A program made the translations under genes and the position numbers. From Candidatus Heimdallarchaeota archaeon (GTDB lineage Archaea; Asgardarchaeota; Heimdallarchaeia; Hodarchaeales; Hodarchaeaceae), in assembly GCA_020353515.1 (NCBI GenBank), contig CP070695.1, positions 3,225,532-3,289,531 of the forward strand: DNA of 64,000 nt, given 5' to 3'. Below the pieces are notes generated by a model. That model was given only the letters and a program-made list of their open reading frames with translations, did no database searches and was not told where the DNA came from. Below are positions 9,786 through 19,190 of the stretch, one piece after another. Every line of letters starts with the position of its first letter. Position 1 is the stretch's first letter.

Positions 9786-11153
9786 TTGATCCTAAACGAC
9801 ATTTTAGAGAAGGTTCCGAATTATACTGATTTTTTAACGGTCAAAGAACTGAATGAATCTAGTAAGAAACTAGAGGATGACTTTGAATCGGTTGAATTAA
9901 CCGAGATTGGAAGATCTAGAGAAGGGAGGCCAATTTCATATCTTAAGATAGGAAAAGGGGCAAAAAATGCACTTCTTTTTGCATTCCCACATCCAAATGA
10001 GCCTATCGGAAGCTTAACGATCGAATTTCTTTCCCGATTTCTTGCAGAAAACCCAGAAATAACCAAGGAATTAGGATATACATGGTATTTAATTAAAGCG
10101 ATCGATCCAGACGGAGCAGCTCTCAATGAGGACTGGTTTAAAGGAAAATTTGATCCAGTCAAATATACCAGACATTATTACAGACCTGCGCCACATGAAC
10201 AGATTGAATGGACATTTCCAGTTAAATATAAGAAATTAGAATTCTTAAATCCACCTTCAGAGACTCAAGCCCTCATCCAGTTGATCGATAAAATAAAACC
10301 CACTTTCATGTATAGTCTCCATAATGCGGGTTTCTGTGGGGTTTATTGGTATGTTTCCCACGCTATAGAAGATGTATTCTCACGATTACCACAGCTTGCA
10401 GAACAAGTACAATTACCTATCCATCGTGGTGAGCCTGAAGCTCCTTTTATCAAAAAACTACGTCCTGCAATTTTCCAGATGTTTGGAATCCAGGAAGATT
10501 ATGATTTTTATGAACAAAATGGAGTTGAAAATCCTCAAGATCTAATATTATGTGGTACATCGTCAGATGATTATCTCAAACAGGTAACTGCAGGACAGGG
10601 ATTCACCTTGGTATGTGAGATGCCTTATTTTTATGACAAAGACTTAGGAAATGAAACCCCTTCTGATTATAATCGTAGAGAATTGGTTTTAGAATATTTA
10701 CGATTCTGGCAAGAAGCCCACAGCTTCGTGAAACCGAAATTCGAGTCCATAAGGCAATATTGTGACCCCTCTTCTAGAATTTTCACAGCAGTGGCAGATG
10801 GTGTTGAAAATTTTGACAAACGAATTGCACCTCAAATTCATCATGCAAAAACCTCACCTATGTATGAAGGGGAAGCAACCATTGCCCAAGCTTTTGATTC
10901 AATGGTAGCACGGAAATACTGGGCAGTTTTTCGTCCAGCGATGACCGCAAGACTGTGTAAAAGGGCAATCACAAGCCATCCTGAAGTAAAAACCGAATTA
11001 ACAAACATAAAAGCTGAACTTGATCAGTGGGTTGAACACACGATCAATGATACTCTAAAGGATACTCATTTTGAGGTGATCCCTATTCAGAAACTAGTAA
11101 AAGTTCAGGTAGGATCTGCGTTAATTACCATGCAACATTTAACTAATCGTTAG
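9786..11153 (+). CDS. M14-family zinc carboxypeptidase
   Basis: IGRSREGRPI, HPNE (HxxE), DPDG, YSLHN zinc/substrate motifs; GGAGG upstream of TTG. Confidence 0.85.
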   Translation: MILNDILEKVPNYTDFLTVKELNESSKKLEDDFESVELTEIGRSREGRPISYLKIGKGAKNALLFAFPHPNEPIGSLTIEFLSRFLAENPEITKELGYTWYLIKAIDPDGAALNEDWFKGKFDPVKYTRHYYRPAPHEQIEWTFPVKYKKLEFLNPPSETQALIQLIDKIKPTFMYSLHNAGFCGVYWYVSHAIEDVFSRLPQLAEQVQLPIHRGEPEAPFIKKLRPAIFQMFGIQEDYDFYEQNGVENPQDLILCGTSSDDYLKQVTAGQGFTLVCEMPYFYDKDLGNETPSDYNRRELVLEYLRFWQEAHSFVKPKFESIRQYCDPSSRIFTAVADGVENFDKRIAPQIHHAKTSPMYEGEATIAQAFDSMVARKYWAVFRPAMTARLCKRAITSHPEVKTELTNIKAELDQWVEHTINDTLKDTHFEVIPIQKLVKVQVGSALITMQHLTNR

Positions 11154-11251
11154 GCTATAGAGCTAATTGAATTAGCTCTAAAATGATACCCAGATTCTCT
11201 TCAGTGTCTAGATAAGCAAACTTAACCATCTCTTGAACTATACCCCTCTCT
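11064..11251. repeat. Left copy of diverged direct repeat (peptidase 3' end plus VOC-gene 3' fragment)
   Basis: 11064-11153 aligns to 13381-13470; 11155-11251 aligns to 13532-13628 (92/97 nt). Confidence 0.95.
11155..11251 (-). pseudogene. 3' fragment of a VOC-family gene (RGIVQEMVKFAYLDTEENLGIILELIQLAL*)
   Basis: Same peptide as the end of 13532-13969; five nucleotide differences, all synonymous; no start. Confidence 0.85.
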
Positions 11252-11371
11252 TCAACTTAAAAGTGCACTAATTTCATCCCAGTATTTAATGAAGTTAGAT
11301 TTTCACAAAGTTTATTCAAAATCTCACCCCTTCTTTTATCTTTTTACTAAAGTACTAGTTCTTGAAACTTG

Positions 11372-13282
11372 TTATTTGTTCCTTTCCCTATTTTTTTCTG
11401 ATCTCTTAATCAAAATGATTCCAAAACATGCGATGAAAACTATGAAAGAAAATCCAGAAGTGCTAGCTATTGAGGTACTTGTAGTTTTAGAGGTTTGAGT
11501 CATATTCATTGGAGTAGTTGATAGATCCTCTGAAGTAGTAATGGGTACATCAAGTATACCCCAATGCCAGTCTTTAAATCGAAGAAGACTGATGTATTCA
11601 CCTGTAATGTATTCATCCCATTTATAGGGACCAGAACCAATCATTTGCTCATCTGTTGGATTAAAGGTCATGACATCTGTTACGTCTTGCCAAATGTGCC
11701 ATGGTACAATATATGGGAAGTTAGTAACATCACCCCACTCAAAGTAGCCAGTCTTATTAACAAAAAATTCGATAGTATAATTGTTAGGTATCTTAACATT
11801 ATAGATATCATTGAGTTCTTGGGGAGACCATAGACATTGCTTTGCAAGGTCAAAAGAATGCTTAACGTCCAAAGAGGTGATTGGTTGTCCATCATGCCAA
11901 GAAGCATTTTCAGGTAGGTAGAATGTGAATTTCTGGCCGTTTTGGGTGCCAGCAGCAACGTTTTCTATGGTTGTTTCGATGTCCCAATCATAAGCCAAAC
12001 CTGGGATTGGAGCCCATGTATTAGGATCAACATTCCATAACTTCTCATAGATGTATTGAAAGACTGTAAAATCATATTTTGATTGCTGTAAATAACAGTT
12101 TCTAGTGCTAAGATCAGCTGACAAGCAATATTTGAACGTTCCACCATACGGACCCCCTTTAGATTCTATTAAATGGATTTTTGTAGCAAAATATGGATTA
12201 TTACCATCAGAGATGCCCCTGCCATTGAAACTAGCAAAACCCTCAAATTTGTCTGTACGGTAGGCATTAGTGAATACAACGTTGTAGGCGACAATCTGTG
12301 GTTGTTCATAAACCAATAGCTTATTGACTTCGTGGGCATATTTCTTTATGTCTTCAACCGAATTTGAATTCACCATTTTATCAAGGATAGTCTCAATTGT
12401 TGTGTTTCTGAAGCAATAATAGTCCCAATCTTTACCACTGCTATGAAATCGGTTGTAAAGTATTTTTGCTGTATTGACAACAGGAGTACCCTCAGTCCAA
12501 CACCCAACCTGAAATGCATTAAACCAATTACCTGAAACGGGATAGGATGGAACAAGAGTCGCACGCATCCCCATCGATTGAAGACCTTCTGCAGCTATTT
12601 CACAAGTGATGCGGGCAGGGCTATATCCTTCAGAATAGGAAAATTCAATTTCACAATCTTGATCATCTATGTCTACACTCGAATCATAAATCCTGTTATC
12701 GTTGACATCATATTCACGCCAACCATCACTGTCTAAATCGATAAATCCAGCATTCTCAAGAGATAAATTACCAGAAATTGAATCAGCCTCATAAAAATAT
12801 TCTGTCAATTGGCTTTCGATTTCCCATTCCGTTGCAGCAGTCGGAATATAACTATCCATGGGTTGTCCAGCACCTCCAACAGCTTCAATATTAGCCCTAT
12901 ATTTATCCATACCAAAGGCCATTGCTCGACGGTACCCAGTAATATTGGTAGGAAATCGGCCACAATTTGGGGTTATCACGCGATATCGTAAGTCTGGTGT
13001 AAATCTAACTTCAATGTCAGGATCTCTAACAAGGGCTGCTAGGTAATCGTTTGGAACTCGGTCATCATACGCGTCGATATCACCTTTTTGTAGTGCCAAC
13101 ATCGCTTGGGGGACTTCCCCCTCCTTAAAAATCACGAATCTTAATTCATCGATATATGCTCCATAAGGTAGGAAATCAGAAGACCAGCTGGAAGTTTTCA
13201 TATCTGATGGCAAGGTGTAAAGAATATTTGTGAGTGATACGACTAATAGTACGGTTCCAAATAGAAGACTAACCACTTTCAC
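11372..13282 (-). CDS. ABC transporter substrate-binding protein, family 5 (peptide/nickel), circularly permuted, C-terminally anchored
   Basis: PGLAYDW, TFYLPENASWHDGQPITSLDV, IGSGPYK, ALQKGDID and RRAMAFGMD motifs; Thr/Ser linker, SGF + TM + basic tail. Confidence 0.9.
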   Translation of the reverse strand: MKVVSLLFGTVLLVVSLTNILYTLPSDMKTSSWSSDFLPYGAYIDELRFVIFKEGEVPQAMLALQKGDIDAYDDRVPNDYLAALVRDPDIEVRFTPDLRYRVITPNCGRFPTNITGYRRAMAFGMDKYRANIEAVGGAGQPMDSYIPTAATEWEIESQLTEYFYEADSISGNLSLENAGFIDLDSDGWREYDVNDNRIYDSSVDIDDQDCEIEFSYSEGYSPARITCEIAAEGLQSMGMRATLVPSYPVSGNWFNAFQVGCWTEGTPVVNTAKILYNRFHSSGKDWDYYCFRNTTIETILDKMVNSNSVEDIKKYAHEVNKLLVYEQPQIVAYNVVFTNAYRTDKFEGFASFNGRGISDGNNPYFATKIHLIESKGGPYGGTFKYCLSADLSTRNCYLQQSKYDFTVFQYIYEKLWNVDPNTWAPIPGLAYDWDIETTIENVAAGTQNGQKFTFYLPENASWHDGQPITSLDVKHSFDLAKQCLWSPQELNDIYNVKIPNNYTIEFFVNKTGYFEWGDVTNFPYIVPWHIWQDVTDVMTFNPTDEQMIGSGPYKWDEYITGEYISLLRFKDWHWGILDVPITTSEDLSTTPMNMTQTSKTTSTSIASTSGFSFIVFIACFGIILIKRSEKNRERNK

Positions 13283-13380
13283 ACTTTTCAGAAAAAAATC
13301 CTTCCATTTTTCCCATAAAACACAGATAAAAGATCCTAAAATACCTAGGGTTTAATCTTATTAAACATTATATAAGTGCA

Positions 13381-13470
13381 ACTCATTTTGAGGTAATCCC
13401 TATTCAGAAACTTGTAAGAGTTCAGGTTGGATCCGCATTAATTGCTATGCAACATTTAGCAAGCTTGTGA
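13381..13470 (+). pseudogene. 3' fragment of the M14 peptidase gene (THFEVIPIQKLVRVQVGSALIAMQHLASL*)
   Basis: 70/78 nt identical over the first 26 codons to 11064-11141; stop at the equivalent position. Confidence 0.85.
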
Positions 13471-13628
13471 TTTAATAATCCCATGAGTAATAGATAATTC
13501 GAGAGTACAAACTACTCCAGAATTTAATCTACTATAAAGCCAATTGAATAAGCTCTAGAATGATACCCAGATTCTCTTCAGTGTCTAGATACGCAAACTT
13601 AACCATCTCTTGAACTATACCCCTCTCT
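13381..13628. repeat. Right copy of diverged direct repeat, with 61-nt spacer between the two gene ends
   Basis: Matches 11064-11251; spacer is 61 nt here versus 1 nt in the left copy. Confidence 0.95.
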
Positions 13629-13969
13629 AATACTTTAATTCCCTCTTTCTCCAGTCTGGTTAATTCCTCTTCAATATTTTCAACAATAAAACCAATATGA
13701 TGGAGTCCTTCTCCTCTTTCTGTAAGGAACTTGGAATGAATAGTTTCACCTTCGAGAACCTGAATCAACTCAAGTTGTATTTCACCGACTTGAAATAAAC
13801 CAAATTTCAATTTACCAGAATTTACGTCTGATTCGAAAGTTAAGAAAGGGGGACCAAACATTTGCTCATAAAATTTAAAACTAAATTCCATATCCTTTAC
13901 GACAATTCCAATCTGATCAAGTTGGGGAAATTTAGAAAGAAGTGGGATCTTTTCAACATCATCAGCCAT
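13532..13969 (-). CDS. VOC/glyoxalase-family protein (methylmalonyl-CoA epimerase-like)
   Basis: QIGIVVKD, QLELIQ, GEGLHHIGFIVENI, GIILELIQ metal-binding motifs. Confidence 0.9.
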   Translation of the reverse strand: MADDVEKIPLLSKFPQLDQIGIVVKDMEFSFKFYEQMFGPPFLTFESDVNSGKLKFGLFQVGEIQLELIQVLEGETIHSKFLTERGEGLHHIGFIVENIEEELTRLEKEGIKVLERGIVQEMVKFAYLDTEENLGIILELIQLAL

Positions 13970-14026
13970 GATTTAACCTCCAAATTCCCCCTGATTTTCA
14001 AGATAAAGAAAAATCTTTCTCTTTCC

Positions 14027-15454
14027 TCAATGATGATGTCTGGTTACTTCTTCTAATAACGCATGATAGTCTCTCGGTCGCATTAATCTTCCAAATGCTC
14101 GTTCTACGACTTCACTGAGAGCAGGATGAATATGCATACCTCGATTGATTGGATAACTGCTCCTTTCTGGTGTATACATGAGAGTTATAATTTCTTGGAT
14201 CAAAACACTTGCCTGTGGGCCTATAATATGTGCTCCTAATATTTTTCGCTCCTTGTCAAGGATAACTTTCACAAAATAAGCTTTAACATCCATAGCCATC
14301 CCCTTAGCTGTATCCTCATACTTTTGATAACCGATAATGATGTTGTCTTCTCCGTACTCAACAATGGCTTCTTTTTCACGTAATCCTACCCTAGCAATTT
14401 CTGGATACGTAAACACAGCACTGGGTATTGCATGATAATCAACCTTTACTTTGTTCTTTAGTACAGCGTTGTAAAAGACGACCATTGATTCATAATTTCC
14501 CACATGCTTAAAGAGGTGTTTTCCATTGGCATCTCCAAAAACCCAGACATTTGGTTGTGAGGATTCTAAGTATTCATTCACCTTAATCCATCCTTTCTCA
14601 TCAGTTTCTATCCCTGCTTTCTCTGGGTGTAAGATATCATTATTAGAACCTCTTCCTGCCGCAATAAGTACTTCTTCAGCCGTAAATTTTACCAAGTTGC
14701 CATTATCTCGATTTCTAGATGTAATTTCTTTGAGATTGTCTTTAAGATTACTTTCAACAGCTTCATGATTTGTGAAAATTTGCATATACTTTGAAAGCTC
14801 TCTTTTCGCTAGTTCAGAAACTTCAGGTTCTTCTTGAGGAAGAAATTGAGGATTTCTCCCAATTATTGTAACCTTTGATCCCATTGCTGAGAAGAAGTGT
14901 CCATATTCTGCTGCAATATACCCTCCTCCAATGATTATCAAACTTTTAGGAAGTTTTTTAATGTGTAAAATGTTGTCACTAGTATGATAACCAATTTTTT
15001 CGAGCCCCTTAATAGGAGGAATAATGGGTTTTGATCCTGTACAAAGAAAAATGAATTTTGAGGTTATTATTTCCTCTCCAACTTTAAGCTCATAAGGAGC
15101 AGAAAATTCTGCCACGGTAGGGTAATAATCAATATCCTCTGAACGGGAGAGACCTTCCCTGATATTTTCAATATCCTCATCTATTAATGATCGCATACGA
15201 GCCATAATTTCCGTGAAATTAACATCATCAATTTCTAAACTGATACCTAGTTGTTTTGCGTGTTCAATTACTCTAATTAATTCTGCCGGATAGAGTAAAA
15301 TCTTTGTAGGAATACATCCACGGGTTAAACAAATCCCTCCAGGTTCATCTTTATCTATCACTGCAACCTTCATTGATGGATTCTGTTGAAGAATAGGACT
15401 CACTAGATTCATTGCAGATCCCGTTCCTATAACGATCAGGTCATAATTTTTCAT
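14027..15454 (-). CDS. Class I pyridine nucleotide-disulfide oxidoreductase (dihydrolipoamide dehydrogenase / mycothione reductase-like)
   Basis: GGICLTRGCIPTK redox disulfide, IIGGGYIAAE, GD motif, HPALSE. Confidence 0.9.
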   Translation of the reverse strand: MKNYDLIVIGTGSAMNLVSPILQQNPSMKVAVIDKDEPGGICLTRGCIPTKILLYPAELIRVIEHAKQLGISLEIDDVNFTEIMARMRSLIDEDIENIREGLSRSEDIDYYPTVAEFSAPYELKVGEEIITSKFIFLCTGSKPIIPPIKGLEKIGYHTSDNILHIKKLPKSLIIIGGGYIAAEYGHFFSAMGSKVTIIGRNPQFLPQEEPEVSELAKRELSKYMQIFTNHEAVESNLKDNLKEITSRNRDNGNLVKFTAEEVLIAAGRGSNNDILHPEKAGIETDEKGWIKVNEYLESSQPNVWVFGDANGKHLFKHVGNYESMVVFYNAVLKNKVKVDYHAIPSAVFTYPEIARVGLREKEAIVEYGEDNIIIGYQKYEDTAKGMAMDVKAYFVKVILDKERKILGAHIIGPQASVLIQEIITLMYTPERSSYPINRGMHIHPALSEVVERAFGRLMRPRDYHALLEEVTRHHH

Positions 15455-15572
15455 CCAATCACCTTGGGTCTAGTATAGTTGTTGTTCGGAATTTATTCTT
15501 TAAGAGAGGAGTAAAAAGAGAATCTTATTAAAAATCCGTGTAATTTTTTCGAAAATAATAGAGCTTTGAATA

Positions 15573-16751
15573 TTATTCCCAAACAGGTGTAGTTCCAATT
15601 GATCCACAAAAGGGGCAGGGTACTGGTTTTACCTTAGACCCATCTTTGAACGTTTGTGTTTGAAACACATAAAAGCATTGTCCACAGGCCATCTTTAATG
15701 TAACTTTTTCCCATAGTCCAGAAATTATTTTTGTCTTCTCCCCCCCCTCTAAGATATCAACAGGTTGTGGATAATTAAATACTGTTCCTCTAAGAGCGAA
15801 AACCATTTCAAATTGGTCCTTTATATAGTCCATACTTGCCTCGAGATTCTCGAACAACTCAGGGGCGAGCTTATTGAAAAAATGATAAACTATCATTATA
15901 GAAAACGAAACTGTAGGACTTAACACCAAAAGTACAATCCATAAACCAATATTTGTGATCAAAAGATAAACTGGAAATGGAAATAAATTAAAAATCAGTA
16001 TTAATGGAACTATGATCGTTGATGTCTGTAGAAAGAAAATAGTTGCGTTCAATTCTTGTTCTACTCGTTCTCTTTCTTTTTCTATCCATTGATTTAACGA
16101 CCAAACCACTTCTATTATTCCTACAACGCTAATGACGTAATAAAAATATATTATTATTATATCTGGGTTTATTAAACTAATTAAGACAGAAAAACCATAA
16201 GGAATTAGGCTCAGTACACCTATGACTGTCAATGCTGTTACTTGGCCTATATCAAAGGCCACTCTTTGTAGAAATTTATTTAGACCTAGTTTCTTCCTAT
16301 AAGCTTGAAAACCGATAAAAGCATAAAAAAGACTCACCAAAATTAAATTTATCCAACTAATGTTAATAATGTCATAGATTTCAAAATATATGGGTATGAA
16401 ATTCCCTTTAACGAGAACAGAAAAAAATTCAGCGTAAAAGAGTAATGAACCTTCAAATCCTGAAACTACAATCCATGATTGAAACATCTCAAGAACAAAT
16501 TTAATTTGTGGGGCTCCTGTATAAGAAAACCAAAAAATGCCCCTCCAAATTAGATGACCAGTAATTAGACTACATCCGACTATAAAAGCCATTTCAATAA
16601 AGCTTAGGGCATATGAAACAATAAGATCTCTTTGAGCTGGTGAAAATCCCACCCAAATATCTTCAGATTGAAGCCCTTGGATAGAAAAATAAATGATTAT
16701 ACATAAAAAACAAAAAATCAACCAGAAAAGAGCCAATCTCCTAAGTTTCAT
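15573..16751 (-). CDS. Multi-pass membrane protein with C-terminal zinc ribbon
   Basis: About 8 TM helices, then CGQC...CPFCG. Confidence 0.75.
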   Translation of the reverse strand: MKLRRLALFWLIFCFLCIIIYFSIQGLQSEDIWVGFSPAQRDLIVSYALSFIEMAFIVGCSLITGHLIWRGIFWFSYTGAPQIKFVLEMFQSWIVVSGFEGSLLFYAEFFSVLVKGNFIPIYFEIYDIINISWINLILVSLFYAFIGFQAYRKKLGLNKFLQRVAFDIGQVTALTVIGVLSLIPYGFSVLISLINPDIIIIYFYYVISVVGIIEVVWSLNQWIEKERERVEQELNATIFFLQTSTIIVPLILIFNLFPFPVYLLITNIGLWIVLLVLSPTVSFSIMIVYHFFNKLAPELFENLEASMDYIKDQFEMVFALRGTVFNYPQPVDILEGGEKTKIISGLWEKVTLKMACGQCFYVFQTQTFKDGSKVKPVPCPFCGSIGTTPVWE

Positions 16752-16790
16752 TTTTTTCCCTCTTAAATTTTATTTCACCTAGTCCTATAT

Positions 16791-17582
16791 CTAATTTACC
16801 CTCCAATATGTTTGATTGATATCGACTTGCTTATGGATTGAAACTCGTTGTAGCGAATCCCTGCTGAATGCTTCCTTAAGTTTCTCTAGTTCTTGAAGAT
16901 CAAATGGTGGAGACCATTCAATTCCCAACTTCTTTCGGTATAGGATGGAGGGAACTCCTATATCAACAAGATATAAATCCCCAATAGTGTCTTTTGGTGC
17001 TTTCAACAATCCTTGCTTAATGAAGGCAATAGTTAATGTTGCTGATGGTTTAATCTTTCCAGAGTCTACTCCTGTTGATACATCAAAGCCTGATGGAGTA
17101 TCAAGTGAAATAACTTCTTTCTGGTTTCTCAAATACGAGAAAACTTGATTTGACAGTTCATTTGACCGATTTCTAAATCCGTAACCAATATAGCAATCAA
17201 AAACGAGGTTTTTGCTATTATTACTTGTAGAAGCTAAGGGAATCCCATCAAATATCGAAGCTCCAATCTTTCGTAGACGCATTAGCTGTTTCATTGGAAC
17301 ATCAAGAAGAGATTCCTCTCCTTTAGGAAGAAAAACCTCAGTTTTCAATCCCCAACAGACAAGACGTCTTGCTGCAACCAATCCTCCACCACCGTTATTT
17401 CCAGAGCCAGCGATTATTTGGATAGTATACCTCTTGTTATTGGTCATATTTACTGCTAAACGGGCAAGATTCAATCCTGCGTGTTCCATCATTAATTCTA
17501 CTGGAATTTGATACTCTTCTATCATCAAACGATCGACTTCTTGCATTTGCTTTTTTGTTATTCCTGGTAACCCAAACTTCAT
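16791..17582 (-). CDS. nnrE: NAD(P)H-hydrate epimerase (stand-alone YjeF-N domain)
   Basis: LMMEHAG, GSGNNGGGGLVAARRL, SLDTPSG, LYLVDIGVP. Confidence 0.88.
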   Translation of the reverse strand: MKFGLPGITKKQMQEVDRLMIEEYQIPVELMMEHAGLNLARLAVNMTNNKRYTIQIIAGSGNNGGGGLVAARRLVCWGLKTEVFLPKGEESLLDVPMKQLMRLRKIGASIFDGIPLASTSNNSKNLVFDCYIGYGFRNRSNELSNQVFSYLRNQKEVISLDTPSGFDVSTGVDSGKIKPSATLTIAFIKQGLLKAPKDTIGDLYLVDIGVPSILYRKKLGIEWSPPFDLQELEKLKEAFSRDSLQRVSIHKQVDINQTYWRVN

Positions 17583-17604
17583 TCATTCACCTCCTATCTT
17601 CTTA

Positions 17605-18312
17605 TCACAATTCTCGTGTTTTCTCTGGTGGATATGGATAAGCACGTTTACTCTGGGATATTCCCATATCAACGAGAGTTTCAGCCATCTTTAATGATGC
17701 AACTGTTGGATCTATAACAGGAATTCCCAATGTTTCTTGTAACTCTTTTGCTACCCCCAACATTCCAGTACATCCCAGGATTAGTGTATCTGCTCCATCT
17801 TCTTCTACTGCTTTCCTTGCTTCAGCTAAAAGTGTATCAAATGTCTTTTCTTCATTTTCTAGTTGGAGTACTGGGATCTCGATAGATCTTACCGAGGCTA
17901 ATCTCTCTGAAAATCCGTACATTCTTATTTTATTCTCGAATCGTGGAATTACTTTCTTAAGGACAACTAAGACTGAATATTTATGCCCGATAATATATGC
18001 CAAGGCTAATGAAGCCTCACCAGGCCCTACAATAGGGATTTTCGCTATTTCTCTTGCAGCATATAGGGCGGGATCACCCATACAATTTATAATAACAGCA
18101 TCAAATGCTTTTTTCTCTGCTTCTAATACATAGTTCAATATCCATGGAGAAGCGATCTGTTCATCGTACATTGATTCGATGGACGCAGGTCCTCTTCCTA
18201 AACTCACTACTGCAATATTCGTATCTGGCCGTGCCCTGGCTTTATATTCTTGAAGTGTAACTTCTTCAAAATGTTTGTTATATAAAATTGGGATTATAAC
18301 TTGGATTTCCAT
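17605..18312 (-). CDS. Hydantoin/allantoin racemase (Asp/Glu racemase family)
   Basis: GPASIE, DAVIINCMGDP, LILGCTGM catalytic Cys pair, PVIDP. Confidence 0.9.
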   Translation of the reverse strand: MEIQVIIPILYNKHFEEVTLQEYKARARPDTNIAVVSLGRGPASIESMYDEQIASPWILNYVLEAEKKAFDAVIINCMGDPALYAAREIAKIPIVGPGEASLALAYIIGHKYSVLVVLKKVIPRFENKIRMYGFSERLASVRSIEIPVLQLENEEKTFDTLLAEARKAVEEDGADTLILGCTGMLGVAKELQETLGIPVIDPTVASLKMAETLVDMGISQSKRAYPYPPEKTREL

Positions 18313-18404
18313 TTTATCATCCTTTAAGCAAGTGATTCTTTATGTTTTAAACCTTTTAATAGGCCTTGAAGTTTTGAGATGATTGCTTAGGAATCTACAA
18401 TAAA

Positions 18405-19187
18405 ATGAAGATTATTTTATCTGGGAAAAATTTAACGAGATTTCCTGATATTGATCGTCCTGAATCTCTGGAACGATTGATATTGAGTAATAATGAATTG
18501 AATTCTCTACCTGAAACCATAAACAATTTTTTAAATTTAAAAACACTAAAATTGGATGTTAACCGCTTAACTACATTACCAGAATCACTAGGAAGATTAA
18601 CACGGCTTGAAATACTTGTTTTAAGTTATAATTACTTATCCTCACTCCCTAAGACACTAGGGACTCTAAAAAATCTAAGAATTCTAGATTTAGAGCATAA
18701 TCATTTAGACTCCCTGCCAGAAACGTTATTGGAAAATCTTTCACATCTAAGAGAATTAAATTTATCTGATAATAATTTAGAGTGTCTACCTAAAAGTATT
18801 GGAAGGCTTTCTAATCTTATGAAATTAAGTGTACGAGACAATCAATTAAGATCTCTCCCTATTTCTATTGGGACTCTTGAAAATTTGTGGTTCTTGGATC
18901 TCTATCACAATGATTTGACAACGCTTCCTGATTCATTAGGAAACCTCAAATCGCTACGAGTTCTTTACCTGAAGTCCAATAGCTTATTTTCTCTTCCAAA
19001 CACCATAGGTAACCTTAAAAATCTTCAAGAAATCGTTCTACGTGATAACAATCTTAAATCCCTTCCCAACACGCTTACAAATCTCACTAACCTCCAATAT
19101 CTAGATGTTGGATTAAACAAACTAGATAAGGTTTCCAAAAAATTAATTGAAAAGCTGTGGAATCAAGGAGTTAGAATAAACTTGTGA
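18405..19187 (+). CDS. Leucine-rich repeat protein (about 10 repeats of 23 aa)
   Basis: Repeating LPxSLGxLxxLxxLxLxxNxLxx. Confidence 0.93.
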   Translation: MKIILSGKNLTRFPDIDRPESLERLILSNNELNSLPETINNFLNLKTLKLDVNRLTTLPESLGRLTRLEILVLSYNYLSSLPKTLGTLKNLRILDLEHNHLDSLPETLLENLSHLRELNLSDNNLECLPKSIGRLSNLMKLSVRDNQLRSLPISIGTLENLWFLDLYHNDLTTLPDSLGNLKSLRVLYLKSNSLFSLPNTIGNLKNLQEIVLRDNNLKSLPNTLTNLTNLQYLDVGLNKLDKVSKKLIEKLWNQGVRINL

Positions 19188-19190
19188 TTT

